Below are positions 37,609 through 48,572 of a stretch of DNA of 64,000 bases, in pieces. Positions within the stretch are counted from its first letter, which is position 1; each line of letters begins with the position of its first letter. Under the pieces are notes generated by a model that was not told the origin of the DNA, searched no databases, and worked only from the letters and a program-made list of their open reading frames with translations. The position numbers and the translations under genes were made by a program. The stretch is from Candidatus Zixiibacteriota bacterium (GTDB lineage Bacteria > Zixibacteria > MSB-5A5 > GN15 > FEB-12). The DNA lies in assembly GCA_028289585.1 (NCBI GenBank), contig JANQPI010000042.1, forward strand, positions 87,337-151,336. Direction: 5' to 3'.

Positions 37609-38321
37609 TAACGAACCGCAGCGCCGATGTGCAGATATTGCGGTCGATCGTTTGTCGCGACAGCATTCCAGGAAACCTGTGGTGAGACCGACCAGGCGCC
37701 GCGTGGCGAACGGCCAAACACGAACTCAACACCCGCGTTCAGGTTGATCCCCGTGCTGACATAGTATTCGGACTCAAATCCGTCGAGCGTCTGAGCGAGC
37801 AAACCCACCTGTCCCCCGGCACCGAACCAGGGCGCGATCGGCGATTGAGTGGGCGACAACAGGTACCAGGCGAGGTTCAACTCCAGGTCCCAGACGTTAA
37901 AAGTCGGCACTTCGGGAACCCAGGAATAGAAGACGGTATCGCCGACCACCGGACCCGGAACGGCATAGTCTTCGAAGGAGACCGTTGAGCCATCATCAAA
38001 GCGAAACCGTCCTGCATCCGGAGTTGTAGCTCGCGTGAAGCGAATGCCGATTGAGGCCGCGAAGTTGTTACCGGTCAGGCGACCCGCAGCGAGTCCAATC
38101 GAGAAGCCATTATCCCAGACCTCATCTGCATCGAGAGCCCGGGGAAAGTTAGCGGCATCGAGAAAGTCGATAACCCCAATACGGGTGTAGTCACCAACCG
38201 GTGATGTGGCTGATCCCGATAGTTCGAAGAACGTGTACGAACGTTCCTTTCGTGTCAGGGCCGAAGCGTCGGCGACCATGGCGGCAAGCAGAACGATACA
38301 GAGAACGCGAAAGCCGGACAC
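37593..38321 (-). CDS. Outer-membrane beta-barrel protein
   Basis: Signal peptide, amphipathic strands (PWFGAGG, NAGVEF), aromatic C-terminus. Confidence 0.7.
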   Translation of the reverse strand: MSGFRVLCIVLLAAMVADASALTRKERSYTFFELSGSATSPVGDYTRIGVIDFLDAANFPRALDADEVWDNGFSIGLAAGRLTGNNFAASIGIRFTRATTPDAGRFRFDDGSTVSFEDYAVPGPVVGDTVFYSWVPEVPTFNVWDLELNLAWYLLSPTQSPIAPWFGAGGQVGLLAQTLDGFESEYYVSTGINLNAGVEFVFGRSPRGAWSVSPQVSWNAVATNDRPQYLHIGAAVRYWGLY

Positions 38322-38576
38322 AATTACTCTCCTCTCCCCTGTCGCACTGGGGGGTTCGATTAACAGTCGTGTCGATTCGCCGATCCGTCAATCGTCGAAT
38401 CACGCGCTCCCCCTTATACACGTCTACCGGCCAGCAAACGTCGTCTCATTAGATATTTGTTAATCGTACTTTGTGAAAAGATTTTCGAGCTAACACTGTT
38501 GTACCCTTGATTAAGCGCCGAATCACCCATTAGATGAGGTGGATCGGGGATATGCTAGAAAAGGGAGGCAAGCGCC

Positions 38577-39491
38577 ATGCCTAATCCTGCAATTGTCATT
38601 GTCGGTGCCGGGGCGATGGGTCAGGGACTCGCCGAGGCAATCGCGACGCAGGGATCTGAACTGTATTTGCTCGACCAGTCGACCGACAAAGCAGAGCTGG
38701 GCAAGCAGCGAATCGCAGAGTCGATTGACCGGGAGATTCGTCGCTGGGGACTGACAAAATCAGACAAGAAGGCAATCCTCGCCCGTATTCATCCGACCGC
38801 CGAATACGAGGTGCTCAAAGAGGCCGATACGGTCTTTGAGTCGATTCCTGAAAATCTTGATGCGAAACGGCGCATGCTCGCCGAAGTGGAACCGTACTGC
38901 CGGCCCGACGCTCTCATTGTCAGTACGACCGGAACACTGTCGATCACGCGGATTGCCCGCTATACGCTCCGACCGGAACGACTGGTCGGCATGCACTTCC
39001 TCAATCCGGTCTCCCAAATTCCCCTGGCCGAGGTCGTTCGCGGACGCGAAACCTCCGATTCCGCGTTCAAACGAGCGGTGGCGTTCGCCCGGTCACTCGA
39101 CAAGCAATGGATTGAAGTCAATGAATACCCGGGGTATGTAACAACCCGGATCATTGTGCCGATGATCAACGAGGCAATGCATGTCCTGATGGAGGGGGTG
39201 GCATCGGCCGAGGACATCGATAAGGCGATGAAACTCGGATTCGGCTTTCATGTCGGCCCCCTGGCACTCGCTGACATGATGGGGCTCGACGTTGTGAATC
39301 ATTGGATGAACAACCTGCTCGCCGAGCTGGCCGATCATAAGTACAACCCTGCCCCCATTCTCCGTCGCAAAGTCCTGGCCGGTGAGCTAGGCGTAAAAAC
39401 CGGACGCGGCTTTTTTGATTACGACGAACGGGGGAACCGCCAGCTGGTTACGATCCAAGATACGGATCTGGAACGTGAGGTGGTGGCGTGA
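38577..39491 (+). CDS. hbd: 3-hydroxybutyryl-CoA (3-hydroxyacyl-CoA) dehydrogenase
   Basis: GAGAMG, ESIPENLDAK, GMHFLNP, GPLALAD, LGVKTGRGFF. Confidence 0.9.
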   Translation: MPNPAIVIVGAGAMGQGLAEAIATQGSELYLLDQSTDKAELGKQRIAESIDREIRRWGLTKSDKKAILARIHPTAEYEVLKEADTVFESIPENLDAKRRMLAEVEPYCRPDALIVSTTGTLSITRIARYTLRPERLVGMHFLNPVSQIPLAEVVRGRETSDSAFKRAVAFARSLDKQWIEVNEYPGYVTTRIIVPMINEAMHVLMEGVASAEDIDKAMKLGFGFHVGPLALADMMGLDVVNHWMNNLLAELADHKYNPAPILRRKVLAGELGVKTGRGFFDYDERGNRQLVTIQDTDLEREVVA

Positions 39492-40711
39492 GAATTCTTG
39501 TTCTCAACTGTGGTTCGTCGTCCGTTAAGTACCAGTTCATCAATACGGATACCGGAAGTGCCCTTGCCAAAGGCACCGTGCAGCGTATCGCCATGGCGGG
39601 CGCGTCGATTACCCACAAGCCGACCGGTAAGGATACGGTCGTGATCGAATCAGAGCTCCTTGATCATACCGCTGCTATCGACCTGGTTGTCAAGACACTC
39701 TCTCATTCTGATCACGGAGTGATTTCATCGATGGATGAAATCGATGCGGTTGGACATCGCATCGCACATGGAGGCGAAACGTTCACCGATTCAGCACTCG
39801 TCACACCATCGATGATGACCGTCCTGCACGATTGTATCGAACTCGCGCCCCTCCACATGCCAGCCATGATTCGCGGCATCAAGGCATGTCAGCGCGTCCT
39901 CAGTGATCAGCCTCACGTATCGGTCTTTGACACGTCGTTTCACCACACGCTACCGGCGCAGGCGTACGTCTATCCGCTCCCGTATATCTTCTATGATGAG
40001 TATCGGATCCGCCGTTATGGCTTTCACGGCACGTCACACAAGTATGTCGCCCAGCGTGCCGCTCTGCTGACCGGGAAGCCGTTCGATCAATCTCGGATCA
40101 TTACCTGTCATCTCGGGAATGGTGCGTCGATCACGGCGATCAAAGACGGACAATCGATTGACACGTCGATGGGTTTCACACCGCTCGAGGGACTCATGAT
40201 GGGTACCCGTTCTGGCGACGTTGATCCGGCGATTATCCTCTACATCATGGACAAGGAGGAGCTCTCCCGGCGAGAGGGTAACTCTCTGATGAACAAACAT
40301 TCCGGTTTGGCCGGGGTCTCAGGGATCTCGGCTGACATGCGGGATGTCGTTGAGGCAATGGAATCCGGTAACGAGCGCGCCAAGCTCGCCTTCGACATCT
40401 ACTGTTACCGTCTGACCAAGTACATCGGCAGTTATGCCGCCGCCCTAGGTGGTCTTGATATTCTCGTCTTTACCGCCGGCGTAGGTGAGAACTCACCTCA
40501 AGCCCGGACACGGGTCTGCTCGACCCTGGGCTTTCTTGGTGTGGAACTCGACGAATCGCTGAATCAGAAAACGCGAGCGGTCGAGGCCGAGATTTCATCG
40601 GCGGCCGCGACCGTACCGACCTGCGTCATTCCTACCAATGAGGAGTTGGTGATCGCTCAGGAAACCGAGCGAGTGGTCAACAGCGAGCAGCCGCAGACGG
40701 CCGTTCGATAG
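39488..40711 (+). CDS. ackA: Acetate kinase
   Basis: LNCGSSS, GHRIAHGG, YGFHGTSH, CHLGNGAS, FTAGVGEN, PTNEE. Confidence 0.95.
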   Translation: MRILVLNCGSSSVKYQFINTDTGSALAKGTVQRIAMAGASITHKPTGKDTVVIESELLDHTAAIDLVVKTLSHSDHGVISSMDEIDAVGHRIAHGGETFTDSALVTPSMMTVLHDCIELAPLHMPAMIRGIKACQRVLSDQPHVSVFDTSFHHTLPAQAYVYPLPYIFYDEYRIRRYGFHGTSHKYVAQRAALLTGKPFDQSRIITCHLGNGASITAIKDGQSIDTSMGFTPLEGLMMGTRSGDVDPAIILYIMDKEELSRREGNSLMNKHSGLAGVSGISADMRDVVEAMESGNERAKLAFDIYCYRLTKYIGSYAAALGGLDILVFTAGVGENSPQARTRVCSTLGFLGVELDESLNQKTRAVEAEISSAAATVPTCVIPTNEELVIAQETERVVNSEQPQTAVR

Positions 40712-40763
40712 TCATCCCGCTTGCAGAACCGATTGGACCCGGCAGGGTCCGATTGCCTGTTCG

Positions 40764-41171
40764 TTAGCTCGTCTTTGTTTCCCGACGTCGTGTTACAGCG
40801 ACGAGGATGAGCGCAATGACGAAAAAGATCAGCAGCGCCCAAGCGAGCCCCCCCAACGTCCCAATGACGGCACTGTAGATTTCATACCCCCAGCGCTCGG
40901 TGGTCAGGGTGATCACCGCCTCGGCTTTCTCGGGATCGGGTGACGTAACGAGTGGCTCAAGGTACCGTTCGAGCTTCCAGACCTGAACTCCCGACGAAAC
41001 CCCAACCACAAAGAGCGCGAACGTAATAAACTTGCGGTAGGCCGTCGCGAGTTCATCTCCCAGGATCTTATTGAAGATCATTTGGACCGGTTTCTGGAAG
41101 GCGGTGATGACGAGCGCAGCAACGATGATGGCAGTTACCAGCGTGGCGATCAAGAGCAGGAGAAATGACAT
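40764..41171 (-). CDS. Small hypothetical membrane protein
   Basis: 3 hydrophobic segments, SD AAGGAGG. Confidence 0.7.
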   Translation of the reverse strand: MSFLLLLIATLVTAIIVAALVITAFQKPVQMIFNKILGDELATAYRKFITFALFVVGVSSGVQVWKLERYLEPLVTSPDPEKAEAVITLTTERWGYEIYSAVIGTLGGLAWALLIFFVIALILVAVTRRRETKTS

Positions 41172-41228
41172 CGAACTTCCCTCCTTGGTATTGCCGGAAT
41201 CTGACTCGTTCTGTTTGGTCAGGCAACT

Positions 41229-41267
41229 AAAGAAACGCGCCGCCTACCGAAACCGGTAAACGGCGCG
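41229..41267 (-). terminator. Intrinsic terminator after mdh
   Basis: CGCGCCGTTTACCG/CGGTAGGCGGCGCG stem followed by TTTCTTT. Confidence 0.75.
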
Positions 41268-41288
41268 AACAGTTCTTTCGCAAGATCC

Positions 41289-42215
41289 TTAGTATCCGAG
41301 AATCTTGAGATTCTCTTTATAGGTCGCAGCTGACTTCTGAAGCTTGGCCATCTCCGAATCTTCGAGTTTGAGTTCGACAATCTTCTCAACACCTCCGGCG
41401 CCCAGTATGACCGGAACACCAATGTACAGATCATCGATACCGTATTGGCCGGTCAGATGCGCCGATGCCGGTAGCAGCTTCTTCTGGTCGGCGAATACCG
41501 CCTGAGCCATATCAACCGAAGCCGCAGCCGGGGCGTAATAGGCGGAGCCGGTCTTGAGCAGCCGGACAATCTCGCCTCCACCGTCGGTCGCCCGCGCAAC
41601 CATGGCGTCGATCTTGTCCTGGGAGATCAGTTCGCGAATCGGAATACCTCCCACCGAAGCATACCGCGGTAGCGGAACCATGGTGTCGCCGTGACCGCCC
41701 ATGACCAGCGCCTGGGTATCGGACATCGCCACGCCGAGTTCCATGGCAATGAAAGCGCGGAAACGAATCGAATCGAGGACCCCGGCTTGACCCATGACGC
41801 GATGTGACGGGAATCCCGTCACCTTTTGCATGTGATACGTCATCAAGTCGAGTGGATTAGAGACAACTATGACGTATGCATCCGGGCAATGGCTCTTGAT
41901 TTCCTTGCCGATACCGCCAACGATTTCCGCGTTCTTGTTGAGGAGATCCTCGCGGGTCATGCCGGGCTTGCGGGCTAATCCGGCGGTAACGATCACCAGA
42001 TCGGACCCGGCGATGTCTTTGTACTCAGTGGTACCAGTAAGCATGGCGTTGTAACCGCGTACGGGGCCAGCTTGCGTCAAATCCAGTGCCTTGCCCTGCG
42101 GAATGCCATCCTGAATATCGAGGATGATGATGTCGGCGATGTTAGCCTCGGCGAGATACATAGCACATGACGCACCAACGTTTCCCGCTCCGATTACTGC
42201 AATTTTGCGATTCAT
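41289..42215 (-). CDS. mdh: Malate dehydrogenase (LDH-like)
   Basis: GAGNVG, TAGLARKPGMTREDL, GGHGD, LLKTGSAYYAPA. Confidence 0.95.
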   Translation of the reverse strand: MNRKIAVIGAGNVGASCAMYLAEANIADIIILDIQDGIPQGKALDLTQAGPVRGYNAMLTGTTEYKDIAGSDLVIVTAGLARKPGMTREDLLNKNAEIVGGIGKEIKSHCPDAYVIVVSNPLDLMTYHMQKVTGFPSHRVMGQAGVLDSIRFRAFIAMELGVAMSDTQALVMGGHGDTMVPLPRYASVGGIPIRELISQDKIDAMVARATDGGGEIVRLLKTGSAYYAPAAASVDMAQAVFADQKKLLPASAHLTGQYGIDDLYIGVPVILGAGGVEKIVELKLEDSEMAKLQKSAATYKENLKILGY

Positions 42216-42241
42216 CTTTACGTTACCCCTGTCGGCAACGG

Positions 42242-42643
42242 TCAGTCACCGAAGAAGAATGCAATCTCGCGAGCCGCATTCTCATCGGAATCAGATCCGT
42301 GTACCGAGTTCTTTTCAATGTTCCGGCCGATCTCCCATCGGATCGTGCCACAAGCTGCGTTCTCTGGATTCGTTGCCCCAATGAGCGTGCGGAAGTCCTC
42401 GACGGCGTTCTCTTTTTCCAACGCCATTGGCACGACGGGTCCGGAAGTCATGAACGCCACAAGGTCATTGATAAACGGCTTGTCCGCGTGAACCGCGTAG
42501 AATTCACGGGCCTGCTCATCGGTTAAATGCACGATTCTCATCTCGACGATCTTGAACCGGGCTCGTTCGATGCGATTGGTGATATGACCAATGAGATGAC
42601 GCTCAGTGGCATCGGGCTTTATGATAGCAAGAGTTCGACTCAT
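42242..42643 (-). CDS. ndk: Nucleoside-diphosphate kinase
   Basis: IIKPD, NSVHGSD. Confidence 0.96.
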   Translation of the reverse strand: MSRTLAIIKPDATERHLIGHITNRIERARFKIVEMRIVHLTDEQAREFYAVHADKPFINDLVAFMTSGPVVPMALEKENAVEDFRTLIGATNPENAACGTIRWEIGRNIEKNSVHGSDSDENAAREIAFFFGD

Positions 42644-42667
42644 TTTTCGTTTCTGTTCCCTATTCCG

Positions 42668-43681
42668 TCAGCGCCGTTTCGACGCCGCTTTTTTCGCCGG
42701 TTTGGATTTCTTGGCAGCTTTCTTCGCTACAGCTTTCGTTGTCTTCGCCGAGGTCTTCTTCGTGGCGGTTGCCGCCTGGCGAGCCGCCTTCTTGGCTGCC
42801 TTCTCTTTCAACTTCTTGATTTGCGTCGTCAACAGCTCCGGTAACTCGGTCGGTGATCCTGCGACCGGAACTCCGGCAGCGTTTAATGCCCTGATCTTCT
42901 CCTCAGCCGTTCCTGAACCACCGGAGATAATCGCCCCCGCATGCCCCATTCGCTTCCCGGGAGGTGCGGTCTGTCCGGCGATGAACGAGACCACGGGTTT
43001 GGAAACACGCTTCTTAATAAATGCGGCGGCTTTCTCCTCATCGGTGCCGCCGATTTCACCAATCATGACGATTGACTTTGTCTGACTATCCGCCTCAAAC
43101 GCCTCGAGGCAGTCGATGAAACCCGTTCCATTGACGGGATCACCACCGATGCCGACACACGAGGACTGCCCCATGTTGGCTTGCGTAAGCGCCCAGATTG
43201 CCTCGTACGTCAGCGTTCCCGACCGAGAAACGACGCCCACATTGCCTTTCTTGACAATTGAACCCGGCATGATTCCGACCTTCGATGTTCCGGGGCTGAT
43301 CAACCCGGGGCAGTTACCACCGATGAGTCGGGCGCCATGTGCGGAGACATACTGGACGACACGTGTCATGTCGTTGGCCGGGATACCCTCAGTAATGCAG
43401 ACAACGAGCTTGATCCCAGCGTCGACCGCCTCATAGATCGCGTCAACCGCGAACTTGGGTGGCACGAATACTGCCGACGTATTCGCCTTCGTTTTGGTCA
43501 CCGCATCGGCCATCGTGTTAAAGACCGGGATACCGTGGACCTTGGTTCCACCCTTCCCGGGCGTAACTCCGGCAACGACCTTCGTGCCATACTCTTTCAT
43601 CAGTTGAGCGTGTAAAGAACCGTCCCGTCCTGTAATTCCCTGAACCACCAGAGCCGTCTTCTTGTCGACAAAGATCGCCAT
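42668..43681 (-). CDS. sucD: Succinate-CoA ligase alpha subunit with Lys/Ala-rich tail
   Basis: [27 protein letters not shown]. Confidence 0.95.
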   Translation of the reverse strand: MAIFVDKKTALVVQGITGRDGSLHAQLMKEYGTKVVAGVTPGKGGTKVHGIPVFNTMADAVTKTKANTSAVFVPPKFAVDAIYEAVDAGIKLVVCITEGIPANDMTRVVQYVSAHGARLIGGNCPGLISPGTSKVGIMPGSIVKKGNVGVVSRSGTLTYEAIWALTQANMGQSSCVGIGGDPVNGTGFIDCLEAFEADSQTKSIVMIGEIGGTDEEKAAAFIKKRVSKPVVSFIAGQTAPPGKRMGHAGAIISGGSGTAEEKIRALNAAGVPVAGSPTELPELLTTQIKKLKEKAAKKAARQAATATKKTSAKTTKAVAKKAAKKSKPAKKAASKRR

Positions 43682-43683
43682 AA

Positions 43684-44841
43684 CTAGACCCCCTCCGCGG
43701 GTTCCGACGGCACGCCGGCGAGTGCGATCGCCTGTTTCACGCCATCATCGAGTGTGTCGGCGGTGTGGAGATCGACGCCCGACAAAATCTTCTTTGCCTT
43801 TGCCTCATTCGTGCCGGTCAATCGGACAACCACTGGCACCGGCGGCTTGAGCGTCCGCAAAGCGGTTACCAGGCCATTCGCGACATCGTCACAACGCGTA
43901 ATGCCGCCAAAGATGTTGATAAGAATCGCACGAACTTTGGGGTCGTCGAGGATGATCTCCATTGCGGCGACCACTTTGTCCGGATTTGAGGAGCCACCAA
44001 TGTCGAGGAAGTTTGCCGGATCGGCGCCGTAACGTTTCACGAGATCCATGGTTGCCATCGCCAGACCGGCCCCATTGACCATACAGCCAATCGTACCGTC
44101 GAGCTTAACAAACGATAGATCCGCTTCCTTTGCTTTGACTTCCGATGGTTCTTCGGCATCGATATCGCGCATCGCGACAATTTCAGCCTGTCGGTAGAGC
44201 GCGTTGTCATCCACGTTGAGTTTCGCATCGAGCGCAACAACGTCACCCAGAGGTGTAGTGACCAGCGGATTGATCTCGATGAGACTGGCGTCGTATTTCC
44301 AGTAGAGATCGTACAGTTTGAGAATGATATCCGTTGCCTGTCGGACCTGGGTGATATCCCGATAAAGCTGGTAAGCAAGATTACGTGCTTGGAACTCGAG
44401 CAACCCGACAGTCGGGTCGACAGCGAGCTTAGTGATCTTCTGTGGTGTCTTGGCGGCAACCTCTTCGATGTCGACTCCCCCCGACGATGAGACCATAATG
44501 ACCGGTCGCTTCGTTTCGCGATCGAGTACAATCCCGACATACGATTCGGTTACGATCTCCTCGGCAACGGTAACCAGGACTTTCTTAACCACATGCCCCT
44601 TGATGTCCATTCCCAGAATCGCCTGGGAGAGTATCTGGGCCTGCTCCGGAGTTTCAGCATATTTAACACCACCCGCTTTACCACGTCCGCCGGTGTGAAC
44701 CTGCGCCTTAATCATGACCGGGCGTTCGTACTTCTGCGCCAGCGCTTTGGCACCGGGGACGTCGGTCGCAATAGCACCTTCGGGAACGGGTATGCCGGCC
44801 TGCTTAAACAGCTCTTTCGCCTGATACTCGTGTACGTTCAT
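43684..44841 (-). CDS. sucC: Succinate-CoA ligase beta subunit
   Basis: [34 protein letters not shown]. Confidence 0.96.
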   Translation of the reverse strand: MNVHEYQAKELFKQAGIPVPEGAIATDVPGAKALAQKYERPVMIKAQVHTGGRGKAGGVKYAETPEQAQILSQAILGMDIKGHVVKKVLVTVAEEIVTESYVGIVLDRETKRPVIMVSSSGGVDIEEVAAKTPQKITKLAVDPTVGLLEFQARNLAYQLYRDITQVRQATDIILKLYDLYWKYDASLIEINPLVTTPLGDVVALDAKLNVDDNALYRQAEIVAMRDIDAEEPSEVKAKEADLSFVKLDGTIGCMVNGAGLAMATMDLVKRYGADPANFLDIGGSSNPDKVVAAMEIILDDPKVRAILINIFGGITRCDDVANGLVTALRTLKPPVPVVVRLTGTNEAKAKKILSGVDLHTADTLDDGVKQAIALAGVPSEPAEGV

Positions 44842-44864
44842 TGGGGATTCCTTGTCCTAATTCC

Positions 44865-46247
44865 TTACGACGCATCGTTCTCGGCGAGGAACTCGCGAGC
44901 GTGCGCGATGAGCCGAGAGTGCGTATTATCCTCGGGGTGGTCAAGCGCCTTTTCGAGCAAATGCTCCAGAATCCGGCCGATCAACGGACCCTGAGGGAGT
45001 CCGAACACCTGCATCAGGTCACCGCCCGAGAGAGCAAGGTCATGCGTTGAGAACGGGGCTTTGCGTTTAATCTCACTACGAATCCGTGATTCCAGTTCAT
45101 CGACTTCATCAAATGTCCCCCCCTTTCCCTGACCGACAATGTCGGCACGACGGAGGTCTAACAGGTCGAAGATAAGTTCCGGGCCAACCCTCCGGATCAA
45201 ACGCCGCAGGCCGCGATCGGTCATTGGGTCAGCGAACATATGCCGTTCGACAAGTGTCGCAACGTCGGCGATTACAGATGCACCGACGGGGAACCGGTCC
45301 AGAACTTGTCGCGCCGTTCGAGCACCGATCACATCATGACCGTAAAACGTTGCGCGCTTGCCACCGTCGATAACTCGTCGCGTACTCGGCTTCTCAATGT
45401 CGTGCATGAGCGCCGCCAGCCGAACACGCAGTCGGTGTGGTGCGGCATCGACCACCCGCAGCGTATGTTCGAAGACATCATATTCGTGATACGGGCCTGG
45501 CTGATCGACACCGACACAGGCGGCTAACTCCGGCAGCACATGCTCTAGCAGACCGGTATCGTTCATGAGATGGAAACCGATCGACGGTTGCTCGGCCCGC
45601 TCCAGAAGCTTGGTCAGTTCCTCCCAGATTCGCTCGGCGCTGACCGAAGCGATTTTCGCGGCATGACGACGCATCGCAGCCGCAGTCGCCGCTTCGAGAT
45701 CGAATCCAAGCCGGGCGGCAAACTGAACGCCCCGCAGCATGCGCAGTGGGTCATCAACGAAGCTGGTGTCGCAGGTCATCCGCAGCACGCGATCGTTTAG
45801 GTCGATCTGACCGTCGAGTGGATCAACGAGTTGACCGGTTCGCAATGAGCGAGCGATGGCATTGATGGTGAAGTCTCGCCGATGAAGATCATCCTCGACC
45901 GGCAGTGAGTGATCAAAGTCGACCTCAAAATCCCGGTGACCGATCCCGGTTGACAGCTCTCGACGCGGCAGGCTGACATCAAACAGCGCGGTCTCGGTTG
46001 CTGAGAGGAAGTAGCGGAATTTGATGACACCAAACGATCGACCGACAAGGTCAACTCGTCCGTGGCGACTTAGTCGTTGGGCCAGCCGGTCGTAGGGGAT
46101 TCCTGTAACAAGGATATCAGTGTCTTTGGTCGAGCGCGACTGACCCAGGAGGTCATCACGAACAGTCCCACCGACCTCATACACCTCGCCATCAGCCAAC
46201 AGATCATCGATGACGGCAGTCGGAAGCGCACTGGCTGCCACCATCAC
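44865..46247 (-). CDS. cca: tRNA nucleotidyltransferase (CCA-adding family) with HD domain
   Basis: VGGTVRD, DTD, RRDFTINA, DDPLRMLR, EHT...HDIEK. Confidence 0.85.
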   Translation of the reverse strand: MMVAASALPTAVIDDLLADGEVYEVGGTVRDDLLGQSRSTKDTDILVTGIPYDRLAQRLSRHGRVDLVGRSFGVIKFRYFLSATETALFDVSLPRRELSTGIGHRDFEVDFDHSLPVEDDLHRRDFTINAIARSLRTGQLVDPLDGQIDLNDRVLRMTCDTSFVDDPLRMLRGVQFAARLGFDLEAATAAAMRRHAAKIASVSAERIWEELTKLLERAEQPSIGFHLMNDTGLLEHVLPELAACVGVDQPGPYHEYDVFEHTLRVVDAAPHRLRVRLAALMHDIEKPSTRRVIDGGKRATFYGHDVIGARTARQVLDRFPVGASVIADVATLVERHMFADPMTDRGLRRLIRRVGPELIFDLLDLRRADIVGQGKGGTFDEVDELESRIRSEIKRKAPFSTHDLALSGGDLMQVFGLPQGPLIGRILEHLLEKALDHPEDNTHSRLIAHAREFLAENDAS

Positions 46248-46249
46248 CG

Positions 46250-47200
46250 TTAATCGGGGACGATACGGGTCCCCCCCGCTCCTTTGATCGCGTCGCGGGC
46301 CATCGTGAATGAGGTGACAACGACCATCTCGCCACCCTGCTCGATGAATGAAATCGCGGCCCGCACTTTGGGGCCCATCGACCCTTTGGGGAAGTGTCCG
46401 GCGTCGAGATACGCCTTCATTTCGTTCACGGTCACGGTACCGAGTTGCTGTTCATTTGGCTCACCAAAGTTAAGGCAAACACTCTCTACGGACGTGAGGA
46501 TACAGAGTACCGTTGCGCCGATCTCCTGACCGATAACCGCCGACGCGTGATCCTTATCGATAACCGCATCGAGTCCTTCCAGCTTGCCATCCTCTGTCTC
46601 GAAGACCGGAACCCCGCCGCCGCCCGCCGCGATGACAATCGTGTCTCGCTCGACCAGCGTACGAATCGTATCAGCAGCGATAGCCCGCACCGGAATGGGG
46701 GATGGTACGACCCGACGCCAACCGCGTTTGCCATCCTCCTTCATCTGCCAGCCACGGGTTTCAGAGTACAGTTTTGCGTCGTCAGCAGAGTACCACTGGC
46801 CGACGAATTTTGACGGATCAGCAATTGCCGGATCGTTGCGATCGACCAGCATCTGAGTGATGACCGTGGCGACGGATCGATCGAGTCGCTCTTCCCGAAG
46901 CCGATTCATGAGCGACTGCTCGATCATGTAACCCATCCCTCCCTCGGTGTCGGCGACCAGTACGCCAAGAGGAAGAACTGGGGCTTTCCCACGCGTCTCC
47001 TCAACCCGCAGTAGCGCGTTGCCGACTTGGGGACCGTTGCCGTGGGAGACGACCAGCTGGAAACCATCGCGAGCCAGGTCAATGATGCCGTCCAACGACC
47101 GTCGCGTATTCGCGAACTGGTTGGCAATCGTATCTTCCTGACCGGGCAGGGAGATCGCATTCCCGCCGAGGGCGACAACTGCCCGTTTCGCCGCTGCCAT
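46250..47200 (-). CDS. arcC: Carbamate kinase
   Basis: ALGGNA, HGNGPQVG, GWRRVVPSP, VIDKD, GSMGPK. Confidence 0.95.
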   Translation of the reverse strand: MAAAKRAVVALGGNAISLPGQEDTIANQFANTRRSLDGIIDLARDGFQLVVSHGNGPQVGNALLRVEETRGKAPVLPLGVLVADTEGGMGYMIEQSLMNRLREERLDRSVATVITQMLVDRNDPAIADPSKFVGQWYSADDAKLYSETRGWQMKEDGKRGWRRVVPSPIPVRAIAADTIRTLVERDTIVIAAGGGGVPVFETEDGKLEGLDAVIDKDHASAVIGQEIGATVLCILTSVESVCLNFGEPNEQQLGTVTVNEMKAYLDAGHFPKGSMGPKVRAAISFIEQGGEMVVVTSFTMARDAIKGAGGTRIVPD

Positions 47201-47219
47201 TGAGTTCAGCGAAGCCGGC

Positions 47220-48554
47220 CTAGGCGCCGGACCCCACGCGGTTCAACCATTCACCGATGACATCGTCGAGTTTGGGTCGGCCAATCTCTTCAAGGTCATA
47301 GCGAACACGGACCCACGGCTTCTTGATGTCAATCATGCGGCTCAGGTCGATCGGGGTGGCAACGATCACCATGTCACAATCAGTCTTATTGATCGTTTCC
47401 TCAAGGTCTTTGACCTGCTGATCACCGTAGCCCATGGCCGGCAACAGAGTGCCGATGTCTGGATACGTCTCGAACGTTTTGGTGATGCTACCGACAGTAA
47501 ATGGGCGCGGGTCAACCAGTTCGGACGCACCGAACTTTTGGGCAGCAACAACACCGGCACCGTAGGCCATCTCACCGTGAGTCAGCGTCGGACCGTCTTC
47601 GACTACCAGAACACGCTTCCCGCGGACGTCGTCGCCGTTCTCGACAGCCAGGGGCGACGCACCATCGATGATGATGGCATCCGGGTTGTACGCGCGAATG
47701 TTTTCACGAACGGTCTGGACCGCATCCGGGTCGGCGGAATCGATTTTATTGATCACCACCGCATCAGCGAGGAGGAGATTTGTTTGACCCGGATAGTAAC
47801 TCAGCTCATGGCCGGGTCGATGCGGATCGACAACGGTGATCGTAAGGTCGGCGCGGTAGAACGACATGTCGTTATTGCCACCGTCCCAGAGGATAACGTC
47901 GGCTTCCTGCTCGGCCTGACGGATGATTGTCTCGTAGTCTATCCCGCAGTAGACAACGATACCGCTATCGATGTGCGGCTCGAATTCTTCGCGTTCTTCG
48001 ATCGTCGTCTTGTGGAGATCGAGGTCCTCATAGGAGGCAAAGCGCATGCATTCCTGCTTGCTCAGATCGCCGTACGGCATCGGGTGCCGAATCGCGACAA
48101 CCTTTTTCCCCTGTTCCTGCAGAAGCTGAGCGACACGACGCGTTGTCTGCGATTTACCGCAGCCCGTGCGGACCGCAACAATCGACACGACCGGCTTCGA
48201 CGACTCGATCATCGTCGGCGCCGCCCCCTCGACCGTGAAACGTGCCCCGGCAGCCATGACGTAGGCAGCCTTCTCCATCAAGGTCTGATACGAAATGTCG
48301 GAGTAGGAGAAGACGACCTCGTCGATGTCATGATCCTGAATCAACTCGATCAGATCGGCTTCGGGTCGAATCGGGATACCGTCAGGGTAGTTCTCGCCGG
48401 CAAGGCTGGCCGGGTACTTGCGGTCGTCGATATCCGGAATCTGCGCCGCGGTAAAAGCAACGACATTGACATCCGGGTCATGCCGGTACAAGACGTTGAA
48501 GTTGTGAAAGTCTCGCCCCGCGGCACCCATGACGATGATATTACGTTTGGCCAT
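47220..48554 (-). CDS. cPGS-like P-loop NTPase, probable arginine synthetase (ArcE-type)
   Basis: MGAAGRDFHNFN, AVRTGCGKSQ, RHPMPYG, EEREEFEPH, WDGGNND, EDGPTLTHG; directly upstream of arcC. Confidence 0.8.
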   Translation of the reverse strand: MAKRNIIVMGAAGRDFHNFNVLYRHDPDVNVVAFTAAQIPDIDDRKYPASLAGENYPDGIPIRPEADLIELIQDHDIDEVVFSYSDISYQTLMEKAAYVMAAGARFTVEGAAPTMIESSKPVVSIVAVRTGCGKSQTTRRVAQLLQEQGKKVVAIRHPMPYGDLSKQECMRFASYEDLDLHKTTIEEREEFEPHIDSGIVVYCGIDYETIIRQAEQEADVILWDGGNNDMSFYRADLTITVVDPHRPGHELSYYPGQTNLLLADAVVINKIDSADPDAVQTVRENIRAYNPDAIIIDGASPLAVENGDDVRGKRVLVVEDGPTLTHGEMAYGAGVVAAQKFGASELVDPRPFTVGSITKTFETYPDIGTLLPAMGYGDQQVKDLEETINKTDCDMVIVATPIDLSRMIDIKKPWVRVRYDLEEIGRPKLDDVIGEWLNRVGSGA

Positions 48555-48572
48555 ACCCCACACTCCGAAAGC

